The notes: generated by a model not told the origin, from the letters alone. 64,000 nucleotides of DNA from an uncultured Candidatus Rokubacteria bacterium (GCA_963708025.1 CAVPSB010000021.1:1-64000), one strand, 5' to 3'. Positions 30,667-41,214 are shown, counted from the stretch's first letter. Numbers and translations: made by a program.

Positions 30667-31190
30667 CAGTCGGCCCTCCGGAAGACGAGCCGGGCGGCAG
30701 CGATGCCGGCCAGCATCATGGTGCCGAGGAAGATCCAGCTGCTGAGCGCGAGCTGCAGGCTCCCACTGAGCCCGTGGCCCGATGTTCAGCCGTCGGCGAG
30801 CCGGGCCCCGAAGCCGACGAGCACCCCGCCCAGGAGCCCAATCGCCCACCGCCGCGCCGGGTTGGTGCCGAAGCGGTTGACCCACGCCTCGGGCAGCGCC
30901 GTCGTCACCGCCACCGACCGCCGGGCCAGGCGCGCGGCGAGCCACGCCCCGACCGGGATCCCCAGGACCAGCATGAACTGCCAGTCCACCAGCGGCTTGA
31001 CCGTCTGCCAGTACGCGTTGCCCGCGACGTGCTGGGGCGCCACGACGGAGACCGCCATCCCGGCGGCTCTCGAAAACGTGGTCGAGACCGACAGGTAGTA
31101 GTTCGCCGTGTAGAAGGCGAACATGTTGAGGACACCGAGGGCAAGCCCGGCTTGCCACCAGGGCCACTCCCGCTGTCGTATCCAGGTCAT
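30666..31190 (-). CDS. YeeE/YedE family sulfur transporter (GCTSGH type), probable selenoprotein; TGA at 30786-30788
   Basis: GGVLVGFGARLADG-TGA-TSGHGLSGSLQLALSSWIFLG...FRRAD*. The TGA sits at the Cys of GARxAxGCTSGHG. The readthrough stop overlaps the next ATG (TGATG). Confidence 0.9.
30756..30774 (-). promoter_or_regulatory. Candidate SECIS hairpin of the upstream YeeE gene
   Basis: CGGGCUC-AGUGG-GAGCCUG stem-loop starts 11 nt after the UGA and has a GU-containing loop, similar to the E. coli fdhF SECIS spacing. Confidence 0.65.
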
Positions 31191-31224
31191 CCGACACCTC
31201 CTGCCCGGCGGAGATGTGCCGCCG

Positions 31225-31827
31225 TCACTTCAGGCTCGCGTAGTACGCCGCCAGGTCGCCGAGAGCGTCGTCGGAGAGGGTCTTGACCAGCGCCTTGAGG
31301 GCGACGAGGTTCGGCTCTCCCGGGCTCCTCACGTCCGTCTTGAACTTCTGGAGCTGGAGCCGCAGGTAGCCGGCCGGCTGTCCCGCGATGTTCGGCACGC
31401 CCTTGGCGGGGTCGCCGGCGCCCGCCGGACCGTGGCACACGACGCACACGGCGGAGGCCGCGCTGCCGCGGGCCACGGCGCTCGCGTCGGCCGGGAGCGG
31501 AGACGGCTCCCGCCGTTGGGCCGCGAAGTACGCGGCGACGTCGTTGACGCCGAGCTCCGCGACCAGCTTGGCGAACGGCTCCATCTCGGCGGCCGGCCGG
31601 CGCCCCGACGCGTAGTCCTCGACGGCCTTCTTGAAGTACCACGGCGCCATCCCGGCCAGGATCGGCGTCGTGTTCGCTCGGCTGTTCCCGCCGAGTCCGT
31701 GGCACGCGCTGCAGGCGAACGCCTTCGGGTAGCCGGGCCCCAGCGGGTCGGCGCTCGCCGCGGCGGCGAGCACGCCCGCGTTCAGGATCACGACGGAGAT
31801 CACGATCAGCCGACGGGTCGCGCGCAT
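31225..31827 (-). CDS. Diheme cytochrome c (c553/c4; FccA/SoxE-like partner of the sulfide dehydrogenase)
   Basis: Signal peptide, CSACH and CVVCH, PILAGM and PNIAGQ. Directly downstream of fccB. Confidence 0.88.
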   Translation of the reverse strand: MRATRRLIVISVVILNAGVLAAAASADPLGPGYPKAFACSACHGLGGNSRANTTPILAGMAPWYFKKAVEDYASGRRPAAEMEPFAKLVAELGVNDVAAYFAAQRREPSPLPADASAVARGSAASAVCVVCHGPAGAGDPAKGVPNIAGQPAGYLRLQLQKFKTDVRSPGEPNLVALKALVKTLSDDALGDLAAYYASLK

Positions 31828-31838
31828 GGTCGCCTCCC

Positions 31839-33099
31839 CTACCCGAGGATGTCCTGCCAGATGTTGGTGGCCCATGACAGGGCGTTCTGCGCGAACGCCT
31901 CCGACTGGCCGGGCGTCAGCTTCTGCTCGATCTGCTCCACCTTCCGGTTCCGGATCCGGTACGCGTTGATCACCCCCATCACCTCGCGGTCGCTGACCCA
32001 GCTGTAGCAGGTGTTGATGGGCGCCATCGGCGCCGGATCTCTGCCTTGCAGGAGGCTGACCACCGCGTTCGCGACGATCTTGCCCATGCTGTTCGCCACC
32101 GTGCCGGACTTCGGCACCGGGATCCCGATCGTCGCGTCGCCCACGACGTGGACGCCCTTGGCCTTGACCGACTCGTACGTGACGTGGTTGACCTCGCACC
32201 ACCGCTTGTCGCCGGCCACGAGGTCGGCCTGGACCGCGATGGCCCCGGCGCGCTGGGGCGGGATGACGTTGACGACGTCGTACTTGACCCGGTCGCCGAG
32301 CTCCGTGACGACCTCGCCGGCGCCGGGGTCCACCTGGGTCACCTTCGTCGAGGCCCGGTACTCGAGGTTGGGATAGGCACGCCAGGCGGCCTTGAACAAG
32401 CGCCGGCTTCGAGATGACGTCCTGGTTGGCGTCGAGCACGAGCACCTTCGACCGCGGCTTGGCGCTCTTCAGGTACCAGGCGACCTGACAGGCGCGCTCG
32501 TACGGGCCCGGCGGGCACCGATACGCGGCCGGCGGGATGGTCATGACGAAGACGCCGCCGTCGGGCATGGCCTGGATCTGCTGGGCCAGCTGGACCGTCT
32601 GGGGTCCCGCCTTCCAGGCGTGCAGGACGCGGTCCCCGGCGGCGGCCAGCCCGTCGATCTGCTCGAGCTGGAAGTCGACGCCCGGGGCGACGATGAGCCG
32701 GTCGTACTCCAGGTATCCGGCCCCGACGCGGACGCGCCGGACGTCGGGCTCGATGGCGGTGGCCGCCTCGTGGCGGATCGTCACGCCGTGCCGCCGGAGC
32801 CCGTCGTAGGGCATCGTCAGGCTGGCCAGGGTCCGGACGCCGCTGAGCACCAGGTTGCTCAAGGGACAGGAGACGAACTCCCGGTTCGGCTCGAGCAGGA
32901 TGACCTCGATGCCCGGATCGGCGAGGCGGACGTACTTGGCCGCCGTGGCCCCGCTCCACCCCCCGCCGACCACGACGACGCGGCGGCCCGTCTTGGGCGC
33001 CAGGTCAGCGGGCTGGGCGAACGCGAGGGTCGGCCAGCCCAGCGCCGCCACGGCCGCGGTGGACCGTCCGAGGAATTGTCGACGCGAGACGGGGTGCAT
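31839..33099 (-). CDS. fccB: Flavocytochrome c sulfide dehydrogenase flavoprotein subunit (FccB/SoxF), one frameshift at ~32400
   Basis: Tat signal SRRQFL, VVVGGGWSGATAA, SCPLSN, HAWKAG, YRCPPGPYERA, VIPPQRAG, PKSG and NTCYS. Confidence 0.9.
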
Positions 33100-33161
33100 G
33101 GCTTCTCCTCCCTGGATGTGAGACGGCCGAGGATCACCCGGCCGCACTCGCCTGGACGTGG

Positions 33162-34050
33162 TCACTTCCCGAGCGACTCGCGCTCCATCAGCACGTAGGT
33201 CCCATAGGCGTTGATCCGGTTCGCCGGCTCGAACGCGGGCAGGTGGCGTGAATCGGCTCCAGTCGGCCTTCGCGTACGCCTCCTCGAACGGCACCATGTC
33301 CTGGACGGCTTGCCCCATCACGGCGCGGAGGTGGACCAGGTACTCCCGCGTGAAGACGAGGTGCGCGACCGGGTCGCGAGAGGCCGGGCCGTGCCCCGGC
33401 ACCATCACGTGCGGTCGGAGCGGCACGAGGCGGTCGATCGCCCGGAGCCATCCCTTGCTGTCTCCCCCGCCGACGAAGGGCACCCGCCCCGCGAACGCGA
33501 TGTCCCCGACGAACAGCACGCCGTCCGGGCGAACGGCCAGCACGATGTCTTCCGGCGAGTGGGCGGGTCCCACGTAGGTGAGCTCGAAGTCGAGTCCGCC
33601 CAGCGCGAAGCGCTCGTCGCCCGCGAGCCACCGGTCCGGCGGGACGAGCTCCGTCTTCTCGGTCAGCCCCGGCCCCAGATCCCGCCGGCGCTGCGCGAGC
33701 CGGGCGCCGCTGTCGTTCTGGAGGTACTCCCGGCCCCGCTCGTGGGCCCAGATCTCGGCGCCGATCTCCTTGAACGCCCCCAGCCCGTAGAAGTGGTCCG
33801 CGTGGTAGTGCGTGACGACGACGCGGCGGATCGGCCTCGGGGTGACCCGGGCGATCGCCGACCGGAGCGCCCGGCCGAGCCGATAGGTGCCCAGGGCGTC
33901 CACGACCACCACGCCCTCGTCGGTGACGACGAACCCCGCGTTCGAGTTGAACCCCTCGTTGTCCGGCGACGCCATGCCCGGCACGCCCTCCACGTAGTAG
34001 GCATGCGGGCCGACCTGTTGCGGGCGGACCGTCACGGCCATGTCAGCCAC
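33162..34050 (-). CDS. MBL-fold metallo-hydrolase (SoxH-like), frameshift at ~33246; start uncertain
   Basis: NAGFVVTDEGVVVVD, THYHADH, GPAHS and VPGHG. The C-terminus HLPAFEPANRINAYGTY is in a shifted frame. Confidence 0.8.
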
Positions 34051-34065
34051 TCCCTGGCCGCGGCA

Positions 34066-35792
34066 TCACTCCGCGGCGAGGCCGGGGTCTCCCGCGACCC
34101 CGAGGAGCACGGGACGGTTCGGCGTGAGCGGCTTCACCACCTTCCGGTCCCGGAGGTAGCGGGTCACGACGTCCCAGATCGGCTCCCCCCCGGCGCTCCG
34201 CGCCTCCTCGGACACGGGGGCCCAGCCGGCCACCTTGTACTTCCGGGCCGGGTCGATCGGGCGGCCGCCCAGGCGCATGTCACTGATCCGGGAGCCGGGC
34301 GAGCGCTCCCGGCGCGCACGCGTACGTCAGCCCTCCGACGCGCACCATGTCGCCGCCCTGCTGGTAGTACGGATCCGGGTTGAACAGGTTGTCGCCGACG
34401 TCCTCCAGGATCGCCTTGATGGTCTCCCCGGTCATCTCGGTCAGCGTCGTGTAGGGGTAGGTGATCGCCGTCTGGTCCATCACGTGCTCGAAGGTGACGG
34501 CCTGACCCGGCAGGATCGTCGTCCCCCAGCGGAAGCCGGGCGAGAACGCGATCTCCGCGCCCTTCACCGTCATCAGGGCGTCCAGGATCAGCTGGTCGAA
34601 CGTGCCGTTGAAGTTGCCCCGCCGGTACAGGAGTCCCTCGGTCACGGCCAGCGCCTCCGACAGCTTCGCCTCGTACGGCGCCCGCACGCGCCGGATGTGC
34701 GCCTCCATGCCCGGGTCGGCCGGGAGCAGGTTGGCGAAGACGGGGAGCAGCCGGTACCGGAAGTCGGCCACCTTGCCGCCCGTGACCTGGAGGTCCAGCA
34801 CGGCCAGGAACTTCCCGTTGGAGCCGGCGTTCGTCACGAGGGTCCGGCCCCCGGCGTTCCGGACGATCGACGGCGCCGGCATCCCGTCGTGGGTGTGGCC
34901 CGCCCAGGATGGCGTCGATGCCGCGCACCCGGCCGGCCAGCTTCAGGTCGACGTCCATCCCGTTGTGGGACAGCACGACGACGACCTGCGCCCCCTTGGA
35001 CCGGCGCCTCGTCCACGGTCTTCTGGAGAGGCTCCTCCCGGATGCCGAACGTCCACGTGGGCACGAAGTAGCGGGGATTCGCGATCGGCGTGTAGGGGAA
35101 GGCCTGCCCGACGATCGCCACGGCCACCCCGTTCACCGTCCTGATCACGTACCCCGGGAAGACCGGGTCCTCGAAGTCCGCGGTCCTGACGTTCTGGGCC
35201 ACGAAGTCGATCTGGCCCTTGAAGTCCTTCTCCACGACCTCCGTCACGCGCTCGGCGCCGTACGTGAACTCCCAGTGTCCCGTCATGACGTCCACGCCGA
35301 GGAGCTTCGCCGCGTCGACCATGTCCTGGCCGCGGGTCCAGAGCGACGTCGCCGAGCCCTGCCAGGTGTCGCCGCCGTCGAGCAGCAGCGCGCCGGGGCG
35401 GCTCGCCCGGAGGCGCTTGACCAGCGTGGCCAGGTGCGCGAACCCGCCGACCTTGCCGTAGGTCCGGGCGGCCCGCGCGAAGTCCAGATGGGTGAAGGCG
35501 TGGGCCTCTCGCGTGCCCGGGTCGGAGGCCGAACTGCCGGAGCAGCCGCTCGCCGACGAGGTGCGGGCGGCTGGCCGGCGCCGTCGCCGACGCCGAGGTT
35601 CACGCTCGGCTCGCGGAAGTAGACCGGGAGGAGCTGGGCGTGCGTGTCGGTGAAGTGGAGGAGGCTCACGTGGCCGAAGCGCGGCACCTCGTAGAGCTGG
35701 TCGGCCGTCGCCGCCAGGCTCACCCGCCGGTCGACCGCGAGCCCGCTCGCCGCCGCCACCAGGAGGACCTGCAGGAAGTCCCGTCGCGTCAT
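34066..35792 (-). CDS. soxB: Thiosulfohydrolase SoxB, five +1 frameshifts (~35567, 35519, 35003, 34900, 34298)
   Basis: Tat TRRDFL, HFTDTHAQLLPVYFREPS, DGGDTWQG, GHWEFT, GQAFPYTPIANP, LSHNG, LYRRGNFNG, SPGFRWG and NPDPYYQQGGDMVR. Confidence 0.92.
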
Positions 35793-35854
35793 CGCCGATC
35801 GTTCCTCTCCCCGCGGCCCCGCCCCTGCCGGCCCGTCTCGCCCGGCGCTCGCAC

Positions 35855-36496
35855 CTATCGGTTCACCGGCGACGCGGGGTCCAGGAGCAGCGCGACCAGG
35901 TGCGTGATCTGCTCCTCGGTCAGGATGCCGTTGTGACCGAACCGCGGCATGGACGAGCACGGGATGAAGCCCTGGGGATTGGAGATCCGCGCGAACACGT
36001 ACTTCTGCATGCCCACGGAGTCACCGCGCTGCTTGCCGTACTGGTAGAGGCTCGGCCCGATGGTCCCGTACGACAGCTCGTGCGGCGCGAGCTGATGGCA
36101 GGCGTAGCAGTTCCCGCCGGCCGGCCGGGCGGGATCGTCGCTGAACTGCTTCCCGACACCGCTCTGCGCGATCCGCTCCCCCTGCCGCCAGTCGCCCATG
36201 TACTTCCCGTCGGCGGGGTACTTCACCGCGGCCAGGTTCGCCTCCTGGATCCGCCGCGCCGCCTCGGGGGACAGCGAGGCCCGGGGGTCCGGCCGGCTGC
36301 AGAGGGCCTGGGCCTCGTCCTGGTCGAGGCGGTCCAGGGTGGCCTGGCCCCGAGCTTTGAACGAGGACTTCAGCACCGCGAGCACGTCCGCCGGGGCCTG
36401 GGCCTGGATGGCGGTGGCGCCGAGCGCGATCGCGAAGACGACGAGCACGCTGCCGAGCCTCGATCCCGTCATGAGCCCCCTCCGCCTGGTCGACAT
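35855..36496 (-). CDS. soxX: Sulfur oxidation c-type cytochrome SoxX
   Basis: GDWRQGERIAQSG, GNCYACHQ, GTIGPSL and MPRFG. Confidence 0.92.
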   Translation of the reverse strand: MSTRRRGLMTGSRLGSVLVVFAIALGATAIQAQAPADVLAVLKSSFKARGQATLDRLDQDEAQALCSRPDPRASLSPEAARRIQEANLAAVKYPADGKYMGDWRQGERIAQSGVGKQFSDDPARPAGGNCYACHQLAPHELSYGTIGPSLYQYGKQRGDSVGMQKYVFARISNPQGFIPCSSMPRFGHNGILTEEQITHLVALLLDPASPVNR

Positions 36497-36513
36497 GTCG
36501 TGGCCGCCCCGGA

Positions 36514-37358
36514 TCAGCGCTTGATCGCCGGCGCGTTGAAGGTCCCGCCGTTCGCGTTCCGGGCCAGGAACATGGTCAGCGCGATGGACGCGTCCGACCC
36601 GAACTCGAGCGGGGGGAACCGCTGCTGCCGGAAGCAGTCGTAGAGCCGCCACTGCATCGTCCGGAGCTCGCCCTGGGAGACCCGGTAGGCCGGCCAGCTC
36701 GTGTAGGCGCGCTGCGCGTCCTTGGGGTCCGTCAGATTCGGCAGGTCCTGCAGCCGGATCCGCTTGCCGGTCTCGGAGTGACACGTCGCGCAGGCGAAAT
36801 CGTGCGGCCCGCCCCGGAAGAAGAAGATCCGCTCGCCGAGGGTGTAGGCCTCGCGCTCCTGGGGATGATCGAGCGGCACCCGCATGCGCACCCCCTTGGA
36901 CTCGGAGGTGACCCAGGCCACCAGCGCCTCGATGTCCGAGCGCTTGCTCCCGTCGCCGATAGGGTCGCTGCGTCGCCTCCGCCCGGTGAGAATCCCTGCA
37001 GCGTCACCATGCAGTGGACCAGCCGGGTCTCGAGGTCCATGACCCGGTTGGCGTCGGGGAAGTAGCGAGGGAGCTCGGCGTAGGCGCCCTTCACGATGCC
37101 TGGCCCCTTGCCGAGGTCACACGGCTCCAGCGAGACGTTCCTGGGGCCCCGCTTCTGCGCCCATAGCCCCTCGCCGCGCGCCTCCCACAGCTCCGCGGGG
37201 TTGCCCTCCGCGAGCGCCTCCCGGTAGCGCTCGATCTCCTTGACCGTGTCGCCCCCGCTCGGGCCGGCACCCTGCTGGGCGCTGGCCACGAAGCCGATCA
37301 GGACGAGGCCCCCGCCCAGTGCGAGACCGAATAGCCGCCAGCTTCTCGTCTTGTGCAT
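36514..37358 (-). CDS. soxA: Sulfur oxidation c-type cytochrome SoxA (monoheme type), two +1 frameshifts at ~36960-36985
   Basis: GNPAELWEARGE, AYAELPRYF, CATCH, RIRLQDLPNL, WPAYRVSQG, RLYDCFRQQR and APAIKR. Confidence 0.92.
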
Positions 37359-37454
37359 GCTCCCCTCCCCGGGGGCCCGCCTCACGGCCTCGGCTGCCCG
37401 GACTCACCCTTCCGACGTGGAAGACCGGGTCCCCGGCGTGGTGCCGTCAGGGCG

Positions 37455-37766
37455 CTACTTGACCTCGACCTCGTCCGTCCGCGTGTCGCCCTTGTTGTCC
37501 GTCCACGTGATCTGGAGCTTGTCGCCCGGCTTGCCGCCCGCGAACTGAAACTGCAGGTACGGATTCTTCGACACGGCCGGCCCCCACTCGGCCAGCAGCA
37601 CGGTCCGGCCGTTGTGCGTCGCGGCGACCGACTGGATGAAGTGCGCCGGGACGACGTTGCCCGCCGAATCCTTTCGCTGGCCGGTCTCCATCTCGTGGCT
37701 CATGAGGACGCGGACCAGCACGCGGTCCCCCTGCATCGTGGCTCGGATACGCATCGGGTCAGCCAT
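37455..37766 (-). CDS. soxZ: Thiosulfate oxidation carrier complex protein SoxZ
   Basis: LMSHEMETGQRKD, PAHFIQ, SKNPYLQF and WTDNKGD. Confidence 0.95.
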   Translation of the reverse strand: MADPMRIRATMQGDRVLVRVLMSHEMETGQRKDSAGNVVPAHFIQSVAATHNGRTVLLAEWGPAVSKNPYLQFQFAGGKPGDKLQITWTDNKGDTRTDEVEVK

Positions 37767-37826
37767 GTGGTCCCTCTCAGTTGCTGTCGTGCCTCGGAAG
37801 ACTCGCCCCGGTCGGGACGCCTGCCG

Positions 37827-38324
37827 CTAGCCTCCGCAGCCGCCCAGCGTGACCTTGATCTCCCGGGTCGCGATGAAGTACTTGCCGTCCTTGGTCCGGA
37901 TCAGCGCGTGGACGTTCGACGATTCGCTGATCTTCACGCGGGTCGACACGATCGGATCCGTGCCCGGCGGGAAGCGGAAGTTGGCGGCCAGCTTGTTCGG
38001 GTTCTTCTCGATCATGATCGCGATCGACTCGGTGTCCGGGATGCGACTCGTGACGCTCACCGGGACGACCGCGCCGTTCTCCGCGATCTCGGGCGTCGAG
38101 CCCCAGGACACCTCCGTCGTCTCCGTGGGGCTCCCCCCGCCGTAGGCCTTGACGACCTCGTCGACGGTCTTGGCCGAGAACGCGTCCTTGTTCCAGGCCA
38201 CGCCCGACGGCTGCGCGGCCGCTTCGGGCGGGCGTCCGAGGCGCCCGGCCCCGACGACGCCCGCGATCACCGCGCTCCCGAAGACCTTGAGCACCTGCCT
38301 GCGACTCCCGTTCACTGGCTGCAT
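37827..38324 (-). CDS. soxY: Thiosulfate oxidation carrier protein SoxY
   Basis: Tat signal, PEIAENGAVVPV, EKNPN and C-terminal KVTLGGCGG. Confidence 0.97.
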   Translation of the reverse strand: MQPVNGSRRQVLKVFGSAVIAGVVGAGRLGRPPEAAAQPSGVAWNKDAFSAKTVDEVVKAYGGGSPTETTEVSWGSTPEIAENGAVVPVSVTSRIPDTESIAIMIEKNPNKLAANFRFPPGTDPIVSTRVKISESSNVHALIRTKDGKYFIATREIKVTLGGCGG

Positions 38325-38334
38325 CGATTCCCCC

Positions 38335-39405
38335 TCACTTCAGCTCGGCCAGGATCCACTGCGCGATCGCCTGCAGGTCACCCTCGCTCACGTGCGCCTG
38401 GGGCGGCATGGGCACGGAACCCCAGGTGCCGACGCCACCGCTCTTCATCCGGCTCACCAGGGCCGTCGTCGCCTCCGTGGTCTGCCGGTACTTTCCGGCG
38501 ATTTCCAGGAACGAGGGCCCGACCGTCCGCTGGTCGACCGCGTGACAGGCCACGCAGGCATGCTTCCGGGCGAGCGCCAGGCCATCGCTGCCCGTCGGTC
38601 CGCCCGCCGGCGCCACCGGCACCGTCGCCAGCGCCCGGGCCGCCTCACCCGCGGCGCCCGCCAGCGGCGGCTTCGTCGTGTCCGCCCCCCGCACCGGCCC
38701 GACGAGACGGTTCTGCTCGAGCAGGTTGCCGTGCGAGTTCCGCGCGTGGGCGGGGATCGTGGACGTCACCGTGCCCTCCGGCGGGCAGTCCCGCATGCAC
38801 GCGGGGCTCCTCACGTCGGGCGTTCCCTTCACGTCCCAGAGCCCGTGCCGCCGCGTGAGACCGTGCCGGTTCGGCAGCCGGTCCTGGACCTCCCGGATGT
38901 TCGCGTCCGAGAGGACGAAGTCGGCGGGCACGATGTCGCCGAGGTTGAGGATGTAGGCGACCAGCGCGTAGACCTCCTCCGTGGTCAGGCTCTTCGGCGC
39001 GTTCCACGGCATGGCCCGGTTGATGTAGTCCCAGAGCGTCGAGAGCGTGGCGAGCTTCATCAGGGTCGTCCGTTGCTCGTTCGGCTTCCGCAGCGCGGCC
39101 GCGTGCCCCGTCGCGATGTCCTCCTTCGTGGTCCCGCCCACGATCGGCGGGAACACCTGGGTGCTCTCCCCGAACGTGCCGTGGCAGGCCGCGCACTTCT
39201 CGTCCCACACCTCCTGGCCCTTCGCCACGCTGCCGGAGCCCCTGGGCAAGCCGGTGAAGTCGGGCCGGACGTCGATGTCCCACGCCCCGATCTCGGCGGG
39301 CGTGGCCGGCCGGCCGACGCCGCGGAAGTGGCCATGCGCGTGCGCCACGCCGCCGGCCAGGAGCGCCACGGCAAGCGCGCCGAGGACGCTACGAGACCTG
39401 GACAT
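38335..39405 (-). CDS. soxD: Sulfane dehydrogenase cytochrome subunit SoxD (diheme)
   Basis: GRPATPAEIGAWDIDVRPD, CAACHG, WDYINRAMPW and a second heme site CVACH. Confidence 0.92.
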   Translation of the reverse strand: MSRSRSVLGALAVALLAGGVAHAHGHFRGVGRPATPAEIGAWDIDVRPDFTGLPRGSGSVAKGQEVWDEKCAACHGTFGESTQVFPPIVGGTTKEDIATGHAAALRKPNEQRTTLMKLATLSTLWDYINRAMPWNAPKSLTTEEVYALVAYILNLGDIVPADFVLSDANIREVQDRLPNRHGLTRRHGLWDVKGTPDVRSPACMRDCPPEGTVTSTIPAHARNSHGNLLEQNRLVGPVRGADTTKPPLAGAAGEAARALATVPVAPAGGPTGSDGLALARKHACVACHAVDQRTVGPSFLEIAGKYRQTTEATTALVSRMKSGGVGTWGSVPMPPQAHVSEGDLQAIAQWILAELK

Positions 39406-40742
39406 TCGACACCTCGCCGGACGCCGCCACCTGCCACGACTGGATGGCGTTGTTGTGATAGATCGAGCGCGTGCCCCGGACCGCCCGGAGCTGCCGGATC
39501 GTGGGCTGGACGTAGCCTGTCTCGTCGATGGCGCGGCTCTGGAGGAGCGCCGGGCGGCCGTCCCAGACCCAGTCGCAGGTGAAGCGCGTGAGGCACTTCG
39601 GGAGGATCGGCGGCTGGAGGCGGGCGGTGCGCCAGTTGCGGCCGCCGTCGACGGAGACATCGATGCGCGTGACGCGACCGCGGCCGGACCAGGCGACGCC
39701 CGTGACGTTGCAGTAGCCCCGCGGCCAGCAGCACCTGCCCGCCCGACGGGGTGGTGATGACCGACTTGCATTCCTGGATCGACGTGTACTGGCGATGCGT
39801 CCCGTCCGGCATGAGATCCACGTAGTGCAGGACCTCGTCCTTCGTCCCGTAGGGCTGGTCCCCGACCTCGAGCCGGCGCAGCCACTTGACCCAGGAGACG
39901 CCCTGGACCCCGGGGACCACCAGTCGCAAGGGGTATCCGTTCTCCGGCCGCAGCATCTCGCCGTTCATCCCCCACGCCACGAGGACGTCGTCGAGCGCGC
40001 GGGCCATCGAGATCGTGCGCGTCAGCCCCGAGCCGTCGGCTCCCTCGGCGAGGACGAACTTCCCCCGCGTCTTGTCGATCCCACATTCGTCGAGCAGGAC
40101 GGCCAGGGACACGCCCGTGTACTCGCAGCAGGACAGCATGCCGTGCGTGTACTGCACCGTGGGCACCGCGGCGTTGCCCCACTCCATCCCCGTGTTCGCC
40201 CCGCACTCGATGAAGTGGATCCGCGAGGTGGACGGGAGCCGCATCAGGTCGTCCATGGTGTAGACCGTGGGCCGCTTCACGAGCCCCATGACCATGAGCC
40301 GATGCTGGCTGGGGTCGATGTCGTGCCACCCCTGATGGTGACGCTCGAAGTGCAGGCCACTCGGCGTGATCATGCCGAAGAAGCCCTGAAGCGGGGCGAA
40401 GGAGACCGAGGCCGCCGAGACGCGGGTCAGGCCCGGGCTCTCGCGCCGCATCAGGTTCGCCTCGTACTTCGAGGGCAGTCCGTAGCCGCGCGCCGCCACC
40501 GGCTGGCCGAGTGACGTGCTGTGGGGGGGCAGGGTGAGGATGGCCGGATCGCCCGCGCCCGCCGCCGAGCCTGCGCCCGCGGGCTGCCCGAAGGCCCGCC
40601 GGCCGGTCAGCGCGATCCCCGCGGCGAGCGCGCTCGCCTTCAGGAATCCGCGGCGACCGGCCTCGACGGCGGCGATGTCCCGCGCGCTCAGGAACCCTTC
40701 CGGCGCCGGCCGGATGCGACCCGGCCCGATCCGCTCGCTCAT
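39389..40742 (-). CDS. soxC: Sulfane dehydrogenase molybdopterin subunit SoxC, one frameshift at ~39722
   Basis: Tat RRGFL, ITPSGLHFERHH, FIECGAN, NGEMLRPENGYPLRL, SRAIDETGYVQP and YHNNAIQSW. Confidence 0.92.
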
Positions 40743-40801
40743 CCTACCTTCTCCCCTTCGGCGTTCCGGGGTCAGATCCGCTCACCCGCGTGTCGATCCA
40801 C

Positions 40802-41146
40802 TCACCGGACCCGGCGCATCAGGGCGTCGGCCTGGGCCCGTTCGGCTCGCAGATGGGTGGCGAGCACCCCGCGCATCGTCTCGCAGACTGTCTTGATCTC
40901 CGGGTAGCGCAGCCGGTAGAAGACCCCCCGGCCTTCCCGCCGGACCGTCAGCACCGCACTTGCCCGGAGCACGGCCAGGTGCTGCGAGAGGTTCGCCTTC
41001 GCGATCCGGAGCTTCCCGAGCAGCGTCGCGTACGGCACCTCCCGGTGGCCGATCAGATCGAGAATGCGCAGGCGCGTCGGGTGGCCGAGCGCCTTCGCGA
41101 TGTTCGCCTGGAGCACGAAGAGATCGGCGGGCGGATGTCGTGTCAC
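40802..41146 (-). CDS. ArsR/SmtB family transcriptional regulator heading the sox operon
   Basis: KALGHPTRLRIL, ANLSQHLAVLR and RREGRGVFYRL. Confidence 0.9.
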   Translation of the reverse strand: MTRHPPADLFVLQANIAKALGHPTRLRILDLIGHREVPYATLLGKLRIAKANLSQHLAVLRASAVLTVRREGRGVFYRLRYPEIKTVCETMRGVLATHLRAERAQADALMRRVR

Positions 41147-41188
41147 GGTGGCTCGCTCTTCCTCGTCTGGACAGACCGTTTAGGTGTT

Positions 41189-41214
41189 GCGAAACAACGT
41201 AACCGACGTTTCGC
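41189..41214. promoter_or_regulatory. Candidate operator upstream of the ArsR-sox operon
   Basis: GCGAAAC-N12-GTTTCGC inverted repeat in a locally AT-richer patch ~45 nt upstream of the ArsR start. Confidence 0.4.

Noticed and set aside
30112-31190. Treating the YeeE fragments as frameshifted pseudogenes, or UGA as a reassigned Trp/Gly codon
   Set aside because: The fragments are in frame, the TGAs align to Cys motifs, and many other genes in the window end normally at TGA.
31225-34050. 941-aa ORF suggesting an MBL-FccB-cytochrome c fusion
   Set aside because: It is produced by +1 frameshifts at ~33246 and ~32400. Each gene has its own stop, and fccB and the cytochrome have their own RBS and signal peptide.
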